Origin: Candidatus Methylomirabilota bacterium
GTDB taxonomy: Bacteria; Methylomirabilota; Methylomirabilia; Rokubacteriales; DASRDR01
Length of the DNA stretch: 57,767 nt
Assembly (NCBI GenBank): GCA_036001225.1
Contig: DASYUM010000147.1
Location: forward strand, 1-57,767
Reading direction: 5' to 3'
This document shows, piece by piece, positions 34,482 to 41,424 of this stretch (positions within the stretch are counted from its first letter, which is position 1; the number at the start of each line of letters is the position of its first letter). The notes below the pieces were generated by a model that saw only the letters and a program-made list of their open reading frames with translations, was not told the DNA's origin and ran no database searches. Both the position numbers and the translations under genes were made by a program.

Positions 34482-36209
34482 CTACGGCGTGAGCGCCTGC
34501 GTCCGGTCGCGGAGCGCCCGGAGGCGGTCGAGCTCGGCGCGGACGGCCTGGGTCCCCGCCGCGTGCCGCTCGCGGGCCTGAGCGAGCGCGTGCTCGGCCG
34601 ACGCCGCCACTTCTCGGAGCAGAGACGTGAGCCCGGCCTCGAGCCGGCGACGGCTCTCCGCCACCCGGTCGATCAGGTCGTTCGAGACCCGAGCGCTGTT
34701 CGAGGTGAGCAGCCGCTCGAGGTACTCCCCTGCATGCCGGTGTGCCGCGGCCCTTGCAATCCGGCGCGGACTGAGAAGCCCCAGGAGCCAGGTCGCCGGA
34801 TTCGAGCTGGCGACGACCGGCAGGTCCGTGAAGTAGAACTGCCGCTTCGCCCGAAAGCGCGTCTCGGGCGGAACGCTCGCCGGAAGGCGGCTGAACACTA
34901 GCTCCCCGGAGCCACGCAGGCGCGCGAGGAATTCGCTCGCCAGCTCGACGAACCGGCCGGTCGCCCGCCGGTAGAGCTTCTCGGCGCGAGGCTCGACCTC
35001 GCCCAGCCACTCCTCGACAAGCCTGTGCGCGATCCGGCGCGCCTCCTCCATCGCCCGATGTCGGAGCTCACGCTTGGCGAGGCCGTCGGCGGCAGCCAAC
35101 GCCTCCTCGAGCTGCCGCGCCGCCCCCGGGACGGTTCGGGCGACAAAGGTCTCCCGCTCGTCGGTCAACGCCCGCGCGAGCCGCTGCTCCTCGGCGGCGA
35201 ACAAGGGCGCGAGGTCGGCGAGCGCCCGCTCCGCATCCAGCACGGCCTGGCGGAGCGCCACCAACCGGCGCTTCGACTCGTCGAGCGGTCGGCGGAGGGC
35301 GTCCAGGTGCTCGTCGATGACGGTGAGGAGCCGCTCGACCAGACGCGCAATCCCGCGCTCCCCGGCGCTGCGGACGAGGTCCGTCCCCGACTCCCGTGCC
35401 AGCCCGTCGAGCTCCGCCTCCAGCGCCTTCCAGTCTTGCGTCGGCCGACCCGCGAGGGCCTCGGTGGCACTGACCTCGAAGATTCGCTCGATTGGACGCC
35501 GGAGTCGGTCACGCAGGATTCGCTCGGCGAAGGCGCGGGCCTCGGATCGCTCGCCGGCCGACAGCCGATCGGCCTTGTTCAGGACGAAGATGAGTCGGTC
35601 CGTCTGCTCAGCGACCACCTCCACGAGCGCGAGCTCGTCGCCGGAGAGGGGCGGATCGGCGCCGAGCACGACGAGGCCGGCGTCGATATGGGGCACGAAC
35701 TCGCGCGTGGTCCGGGTGCTGGCGGCGAAGACCGAGCCGACGCCCGGCGTGTCCACCAGGCACATGCGGGTGGCGAGGAGGTGACTGGGGACGAAGACTT
35801 CCACACCCTCGACGCCCTTCCGGTTCTGGGGGTTCCTCTCCTCCGCGACATACGCCGCCAACGTCTCCGGGTCGATCTCCTGCCAGGCTCGGCCCGCGAG
35901 GCGGACCCGGGCGCTGCGGCCGGCGCCGTGGCGCACGACCGTGACGACCGAGGTGACCGGCACGATGCCGGTCGGCAGTATGGAGTCTCCGATGAGCGCG
36001 TTGATGACGGTGGACTTGCCCCGCTTGAATTGGCCCACACAGGCCACGAAGAACCGGCCCTCGGCCAGCCGCTCGCCGAGCGCGGCCGCCTCGGCGACGA
36101 CGCGCTCGGCGCCGACCTCCTCGGCGGCCGCGACCAGGTGCCGGAGCGCCTCCGGAGCGTCCGGGGGCAGGACTGTGCGGAACAGCGCCGACTCCGACGA
36201 GGCGGGCAT
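34482..36209 (-). CDS. Bacterial dynamin-like GTPase
   Basis: 575 aa from ATG 36209. G1 GQFKRGKST, G3 LVDTPGVGS, G4 LNKADRL, and a long helical stalk-like C-terminal half. The upstream part of the 722-aa track ORF is rejected. Confidence 0.8.
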   Translation of the reverse strand: MPASSESALFRTVLPPDAPEALRHLVAAAEEVGAERVVAEAAALGERLAEGRFFVACVGQFKRGKSTVINALIGDSILPTGIVPVTSVVTVVRHGAGRSARVRLAGRAWQEIDPETLAAYVAEERNPQNRKGVEGVEVFVPSHLLATRMCLVDTPGVGSVFAASTRTTREFVPHIDAGLVVLGADPPLSGDELALVEVVAEQTDRLIFVLNKADRLSAGERSEARAFAERILRDRLRRPIERIFEVSATEALAGRPTQDWKALEAELDGLARESGTDLVRSAGERGIARLVERLLTVIDEHLDALRRPLDESKRRLVALRQAVLDAERALADLAPLFAAEEQRLARALTDERETFVARTVPGAARQLEEALAAADGLAKRELRHRAMEEARRIAHRLVEEWLGEVEPRAEKLYRRATGRFVELASEFLARLRGSGELVFSRLPASVPPETRFRAKRQFYFTDLPVVASSNPATWLLGLLSPRRIARAAAHRHAGEYLERLLTSNSARVSNDLIDRVAESRRRLEAGLTSLLREVAASAEHALAQARERHAAGTQAVRAELDRLRALRDRTQALTP

Positions 36210-36253
36210 GGTCACCCGTTCACCTCTCAGGCCAGAAAACGAAACGAGGTCGG

Positions 36254-37684
36254 TCACGGCGTCCTGCCCTCGCCGCCGGCCGTTCTCGCCCCCGGATCGG
36301 TGGCCGCGGTCGGGTTGGCCGCGGCCGGAGGCGACCCCGAGAGCCGGGCGAGGGCGCGACGCCACGCGGTCTGCTCCGTGCCTTTGGCCTCCGGGCGGTA
36401 GTCCCAGGCCCCCTTTCGGAGACACTCCTTCAGCTCCCACTCGAGCTGGGCAAGCCGGGCCGCTTCGACCTCCGCCAGGCTCTCGCGGATTGCAGTAGAA
36501 GGCTCGAGCACCAGAGCCCGCGCGCAGTGCTTGAGGCAGAGTCCGTGGCCTCGCTCGAAGGCCGCGCGATGATGCCGGTCTTCGAGCAGCGCGAACATGA
36601 GGGCGAGTGTGCCGTCCACCGCAAGGGCCAGCCGCCGGCACACCGGGCACGGCAGGGGCCGGCCCACCATCTCACGGGCGGCGGCGAGCCGCTGGCGCGG
36701 TCCCAGGAGCCGGCGCTTGAGCCGTTGCCCCCACCGCTCAGGGTCTTTGGACGGGAGCGGATGCAGCACGCGAAGGCCGGTGAGGACCTCGCCAAGCGCT
36801 CTCTTGACCGCGGCCTCGGTTGCGGCCACGAGCAGGTAGGCGCCACCCGCGCGGACGGTCGGCCAGACATGATCCGGACAGGTGGGCAGGACGTGCTCCA
36901 GCGCGCGATCCCGCAGGACCGCCTCATCCAGCCAGGCGACCCACTCGAGCCAGGCCCGGTGCACCTCGAGGCAGACCGGGCAGGCCTCGACGTCGTGAAT
37001 CCACTCAACCACCTCGCGGACCGGATCTCTCGGTGGCCGGCCGGCGCCCCGCCCCGTCCGCGCGGGCAGGCTCGCATTTTCCCGCTCGTGGCCCACGGCC
37101 AGGTGCAGCGCCGGCTGCACGGCCTTGTGGAGATCCTGGCGGCCGTCCGGTGCGATGCGGTCCAGCTCGACCCGCAGCTCGGCCAGCGCCTTCAGCACGG
37201 CGGTCATGGCGCTCTTGTGGCTGAGTAGAAGGCGGTCCAGCGCCGCGCCGGACACGCGGACCGCGACGCTCTGTAGGTGTGGGAAGCAAAGCAGGCCGGG
37301 ATGCCCGTAGCGCTCAGCCGCTGGGCGGTTCTCCAGGAGTCCCGCGAGCCAGAAGGCCTCGCGCCTGGCCGCTTCCTGCCGGTCCCGGCAGACGGGGCAG
37401 GGATCTCGATGAACTGGGGCGGCGTCCCTCTCGCCTCGCTTCGGGCCGCGGTCGTGCAAGCGCGCCCGGACACGACGCGCCAGCATCGCGTGGACGGCCG
37501 AGAGCTGGTGCCCGCCCCCGGACCGGCGGCTGAGTTGCGTCGCGTGGCTCCAGCAAAAGCCGAGCGAGCGGGTGAGGGCGTCGATCGTATGCAGCTCGCC
37601 GTACTGTTCGACGAAGAACCAAAAGAAGTATCTGTCGTCGCTGTCGGCGATGGTGCGACAGATCGGGCACCCGTCTTCCTGCAA
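36254..37684 (-). CDS. Uncharacterised protein with four CPxC...CxxH modules (paralogue of 30328-31464)
   Basis: 476 aa as tracked (TTG start). Modules: GCPICR...GFCWSH; PCPVCR...LLCFPH; ACPVCL...PTCPDH; PCPVCR...GLCLKH. The true start may be CTG 37717 (see findings). Confidence 0.7.
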   Translation of the reverse strand: MQEDGCPICRTIADSDDRYFFWFFVEQYGELHTIDALTRSLGFCWSHATQLSRRSGGGHQLSAVHAMLARRVRARLHDRGPKRGERDAAPVHRDPCPVCRDRQEAARREAFWLAGLLENRPAAERYGHPGLLCFPHLQSVAVRVSGAALDRLLLSHKSAMTAVLKALAELRVELDRIAPDGRQDLHKAVQPALHLAVGHERENASLPARTGRGAGRPPRDPVREVVEWIHDVEACPVCLEVHRAWLEWVAWLDEAVLRDRALEHVLPTCPDHVWPTVRAGGAYLLVAATEAAVKRALGEVLTGLRVLHPLPSKDPERWGQRLKRRLLGPRQRLAAAREMVGRPLPCPVCRRLALAVDGTLALMFALLEDRHHRAAFERGHGLCLKHCARALVLEPSTAIRESLAEVEAARLAQLEWELKECLRKGAWDYRPEAKGTEQTAWRRALARLSGSPPAAANPTAATDPGARTAGGEGRTP

Positions 37685-37803
37685 TGCGTCCAGGAGGCGC
37701 AGCTCCTCGAGGTTCAGCGGGCCGTCCTTTGGGTTTCCATCCGGCGTCGAGGAGACTGATCTCCGAGACTGGAAGTTCTGCCCCCCCTCACCCCCGGGCT
37801 AGG

Positions 37804-37888
37804 CAAACAAAAACTCCTACCGAAGGTGGCCGTCGGTAGGAGTTATCAGCCCTTCCCAGGGGCGGTTGTGGGGCGAACTCCATCGCCC
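37804..37888 (-). promoter_or_regulatory. Fluoride riboswitch (crcB RNA motif) with intrinsic-terminator expression platform, copy 2
   Basis: Minus-strand aptamer 37888-37836: GGGCGAUGGAGUUCGCCC-CACAACCGC-CCC-UGGGAA-GGG-CUGAUAACUCCUAC. Terminator: ACUCCUACCGA (37843-37833) pairs with UCGGUAGGAGU (37823-37813), followed by UUUUGUUU. Confidence 0.85.
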
Positions 37889-37968
37889 GGATCGCTTCTA
37901 TCCTACACGAAAAGCCCCCCGGCTGGGATGGCCGTCCGCACGCCCGGCATCAGCCGAAGACGAGCCGC

Positions 37969-38517
37969 TCAGCGCGGCGGCAGGAGGCAGAGGCCCTGAG
38001 ACTGGATGCCGAGGGCGGTGTTGAACTTGGCCCGGAAGTGCTCGGTGGCGATGGTGACGGCCAGCTCCACGACCTGGGGCACGTCGAAGTACCGGCGCAG
38101 CGGCTCGAAGATCTGGTCGGTCACCGCGGTCGGCGTCGCGGTCACCGCCTCCGCGAAGGCCAGCGCTGCCCGCTCGGCCTCGCTGAAGAGCGGGCTCTCC
38201 CGGAATTTTTCAACGGCCTGCAGCTTCTCGAACGTCGCGCCGTGGCTCATCCCCCGGGATGAGTTGATGTCCATTCAGAACGGACAGCCGATGAGCTGGG
38301 CCACCCGGAGCGAGATCAGGTCGCGCAGCTCGGCCGGGAGCTGGCCCGACTTCTCGAGCGCGATGGCGAGACCCCGGGCCCCCCGGACGAGAGGGGGACA
38401 GTGGGCCATGACGAGGGTCGGGATGAGCGGCGCGCCCCACTGCTCGGTCTGCTGGGCCACGACCTCGGCCAGCTCGGGTGTGATGCGGGCAGGATCGACC
38501 GGGGGGACCCGACTCAT
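37969..38517 (-). CDS. Carboxymuconolactone decarboxylase / AhpD-like protein with in-frame TGA (candidate selenocysteine, CPFU motif)
   Basis: Two track ORFs (the C-terminal 80 aa of 38275-39420, and 37969-38274) are contiguous in one frame, separated only by TGA 38275-38277. The joined 182-aa product has CMD-family length. The TGA falls exactly at the second Cys of the family CxxC motif (AQLIGCPF-TGA-MDINS). Confidence 0.6.
38246..38263 (-). other. Candidate bacterial SECIS-like hairpin
   Basis: Minus-strand CUCAUCC-CGGG-GGAUGAG starts exactly 11 nt after the in-frame UGA. Confidence 0.4.
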
Positions 38518-39299
38518 GTGCCCCGCACCTCCTTCGCGAAGCGGGCGACCAGCTCGTTGGCACCCTGCACGACGAGCGCCGTGTCGGAGCCGAGCGTCAG
38601 GAACTGGTACCCGCGCTTGTAGAGCTCGCGCGCCTGCTCCCAGTTGCGGGTGATGTTGCCGAGGGCGATCCCGTGGGCCTTGGCCGCGGTCTCGATCCGC
38701 TCGAAGGCCGCCTGCACCACTGGATGGCCGGGATCCCCCATGTGACCGAGGCCGGTCGAGAGATCGGCCGGACCGATGAAGACCACGTCCACCCCGGGCA
38801 CCTGCACGATCGCCTCGATGTCGCCGACGGCGCCCGCGGTCTCGATCTGGATCACGACCAGGATCTCGTCGTTGGCCCGCTTCCAGTACTCGGCGGCCTG
38901 GCGGCCGTAGCCCCCCGCCCGGTGGCTGCCGGCGATGCCCCGGATGCCGGCCGGCGGGTACTTGCTGGCCCGCACCGCCGCCTCCACTTCGGCCCGGTTG
39001 CCCACCCAGGGGACCATGACGCCGTAGGCCCCGAGGTCGAGCACGCGCTTGATGACGGCGGCGTCGTTCCACTGGACCCGGACCACCGGGATGACCGGAC
39101 TCCCCTCGATGGCCTGGAGCTGGGCGAGCAGCGTCTGGTAGTCGCCGTGGCCGTGCTCCATGTCGATGAGCAGCCAGTCGAACCCGGCCCGGCTCATGAT
39201 CTCGGCGCTGATGCCGCTGCAAAGGTGGAGCCAGGCGCCGGCGGTTGGTCGGCCGTCGCGGAGCGCCCGCTTGACGTGGTTGGTCTTCACCCACTCCAT
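38514..39299 (-). CDS. HpcH/HpaI family aldolase
   Basis: 261 aa with LLIDMEHG, VRV..ND, and the GAYGVMVPWV, FIGPADLS and LGH pattern of class II 2-keto-3-deoxy acid aldolases. Confidence 0.8.
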   Translation of the reverse strand: MEWVKTNHVKRALRDGRPTAGAWLHLCSGISAEIMSRAGFDWLLIDMEHGHGDYQTLLAQLQAIEGSPVIPVVRVQWNDAAVIKRVLDLGAYGVMVPWVGNRAEVEAAVRASKYPPAGIRGIAGSHRAGGYGRQAAEYWKRANDEILVVIQIETAGAVGDIEAIVQVPGVDVVFIGPADLSTGLGHMGDPGHPVVQAAFERIETAAKAHGIALGNITRNWEQARELYKRGYQFLTLGSDTALVVQGANELVARFAKEVRGT

Positions 39300-39315
39300 T
39301 CGCTCTCCTTCTTAC

Positions 39316-39344
39316 TTGACACTGCGCGGACAGGTGTGGAATAT
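39316..39344 (+). promoter_or_regulatory. Candidate promoter for the MBL hydrolase gene
   Basis: TTGACA (39316-39321), a 17-nt spacer, then GAATAT (39339-39344). Confidence 0.3.
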
Positions 39345-39522
39345 ATCGGCCACTACGCGCACAGCGCGGTGCAGCTCCATCACTTCTGTTGCGACCCGGC
39401 GGCGCGGTCGGCCCGCTCACGCGGGCGGCCGGCGCTCCCAGCCTCGCGCGTGCAATTGACCATGGCCACGGCGGTTCCCCACTATACGCTCTGAGCCTTC
39501 AGGCTGACAACCGCGGGTCCGC

Positions 39523-40284
39523 ATGCGCATTGAGGTTCTCGGCTGCCACGGTGGGGACGTCCCCAATCTCCGACTGCCCACCTTCCTGGTGAATGGGCGC
39601 CTCCTGCTGGAGGCTGGCGCCGTGACCGCCGCCCTCCCCCTCGAGAGACAAGTCGGTCTCGAGCACGTCCTCGTCTCCCACGCCCACCTCGATCACGTCG
39701 TCGGCCTGGCGTTCTTGGTCGACAACATCCAGTCGGCGGCGGGCCGGGCGGCGCCGATCACGACCGCCTCGCTGGCGCCGGTGGTGAAGGACCTGCGCAC
39801 GTACTGCTTCAACAACCGGCTGTGGCCGGACTTCACCGCCCTGCCCACCGCCGAGGCGCCGGTGCTGCGGATGGAAGCGCTGGTGGAGGCCGAGCCCACA
39901 AAGTTCGGCGGGCTCACCGTCATCCCGGTCTCCGTCAACCACGCGGTGCCGGCCGCCGGGTTCGTGATCTCGGACGGGACCGCCGGCTTCGTCTTCTCGG
40001 GGGATACCGGGCCCACCAAGCAGCTCTGGCGGATTGCCCGCCACGTCCGGGAGGTGCGAGCGGTGCTCGTCGAGACCGCCTTCCCCAACCGCTTGGAGCC
40101 GCTGGCCCGGGCGTCCGGACACTTCACGCCCCGGCTCCTCGAGCGGGAACGGGAGCGGATGCCGGACGGGCCGATCTGGATCTACCACATCAAGCCGACC
40201 TACTACGAGGAGACCGCCGACGAGCTGAGCCGGCTCGACGGGCGGGTGGAGATCCTCCAGCAAGACCAGACCTACACCATCTAG
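39523..40284 (+). CDS. MBL-fold metallo-hydrolase (possibly class II cyclic-nucleotide phosphodiesterase-like)
   Basis: 253 aa with MRIEVLGCHGG, the HxHxDH motif (SHAHLDH), and late GD and H residues. Confidence 0.65.
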   Translation: MRIEVLGCHGGDVPNLRLPTFLVNGRLLLEAGAVTAALPLERQVGLEHVLVSHAHLDHVVGLAFLVDNIQSAAGRAAPITTASLAPVVKDLRTYCFNNRLWPDFTALPTAEAPVLRMEALVEAEPTKFGGLTVIPVSVNHAVPAAGFVISDGTAGFVFSGDTGPTKQLWRIARHVREVRAVLVETAFPNRLEPLARASGHFTPRLLERERERMPDGPIWIYHIKPTYYEETADELSRLDGRVEILQQDQTYTI

Positions 40285-40290
40285 ATGGTT

Positions 40291-40478
40291 GGAGGGGGCC
40301 TCGACGGCCCCCTCCAAGACCTCCCCCAGGGGAAAAATTGCGGCGGCAAAGCCGCCGCTCGGAGCGGAACATCACACGCGTGGCGGTTCGGCGTCACGCT
40401 GCGCCCGGTTAGTCCGACAGTCTCCAAGTTTCTTCGGGGGGCCTCGACGGCTCCTGCGAGGCCTCGCCCAGGGGAGAT
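40291..40478 (+). repeat. Family-A structured intergenic repeat, copy c (full unit plus the start of a second, degenerate unit)
   Basis: H1 is GGAGGGGGCC-TCGAC-GGCCCCCTCC (40291-40315). H2 is GCGGCGGC-AAA-GCCGCCGC (40340-40358). H3 is GCGUGGCG (40378-40385) / CGCUGCGC (40397-40404). Then GGTTAGTCC and a degenerate H1 plus CCCAGGGGAGATTGCGGGC at 40435-40478. It begins 7 nt after stop 40284. Confidence 0.8.
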
Positions 40479-40485
40479 TGCGGGC

Positions 40486-41424
40486 TCAGCGGCCGCGGCG
40501 GTCGAGTTCGGCATCGATCGCCGGCAGGGCTTCCAGGATCACGGTGCCCACCGCCTCCAGGCTCCGGGCGTCGAGCTTGTCCAGCGTGTCCTCCGCCGTG
40601 TGCCAGAAGGCGTTCTCCCCCGGCCGTCCCCCGTAGTCGAAGTCGATGAGCAGGGTCGCCGCCACGCCGGCGTCGAGGAATGGGCTATGGTCGTCCTCGA
40701 CCGGCTGACGCTCGTCGAGGAAGTGTCGCGCGTAGCCGAGGCGGCGAGCCACGCCCCACACCAGCTCGGTGAGCCACGAGGTGGAGGCGGACTCCCGGCG
40801 GAGGCCGAGGTCCCGGTCGCCGATCATGTCGGCGACCACGAGCACCCGCAGTCGCGGCAGCTCGCCGGAGGCCCGGAGGGCCGCCACCAGCGCCCGGCTG
40901 CCGTAGAGGCTGTCGGTCGCGCTCCACTCTACCTGCGCTTCCTCCCCGTCGAAGAACAGGAGCCAGCGGGTGTAGGCGGGCGGCGTGGCCCGGTGGCGGG
41001 CGGCCAGGGCCCGGCCCAACTCGATCAGCAGCGCCGCCGACGAGCCGCCGTCGTTGGCGCCGACGAAGCGGAAGCTGGTGAACACCTTGGTGTCGTAGTG
41101 GCCCCCGACCGCGACCACGTCCGGGCGGCGGCCCGGCCACTCGGCGATCAGGTTGACCATGCGGATGGCGCCGCGGGGCGTCTTCGCGGTGAAGGCCTGC
41201 TCGCGGACTCGCCACCCGGCCTGACGCAGCTCGCCGGCGATGTACGCCCGGGCCCGGCCGAGGGCCGGCGACCCCGGCGGGCGCGGCCCAAAGCCGACCA
41301 GCCGCTCGACGTCGCGGAGCGCGCGCCCTCCATCGAAGCCGTCAGCGGCCAGCGCGGCGGCGCCGGCCAGGGCCACCAGGCCCAGCGCCGCCGCCCACCG
41401 GCGGGCGCGCCGCCCCGGGGTCAT
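40486..41424 (-). CDS. M28-family zinc peptidase / glutaminyl-cyclase-like protein
   Basis: 312 aa from ATG 41424 (ATGA overlap with the upstream stop). It has a signal peptide and the motifs GGHYDT, NDGGSSAA, FFDGEE and DDHSPF. Confidence 0.75.
   Translation of the reverse strand: MTPGRRARRWAAALGLVALAGAAALAADGFDGGRALRDVERLVGFGPRPPGSPALGRARAYIAGELRQAGWRVREQAFTAKTPRGAIRMVNLIAEWPGRRPDVVAVGGHYDTKVFTSFRFVGANDGGSSAALLIELGRALAARHRATPPAYTRWLLFFDGEEAQVEWSATDSLYGSRALVAALRASGELPRLRVLVVADMIGDRDLGLRRESASTSWLTELVWGVARRLGYARHFLDERQPVEDDHSPFLDAGVAATLLIDFDYGGRPGENAFWHTAEDTLDKLDARSLEAVGTVILEALPAIDAELDRRGR

Noticed and set aside
29964-37888. A proteasome/pupylation locus around pup
   Set aside because: I looked for dop/pafA (glutamine-synthetase-like, about 450-500 aa), prcA/prcB and an AAA+ mpa/arc gene in all six frames of the window and found none. 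Pup is therefore reported as an orphan.
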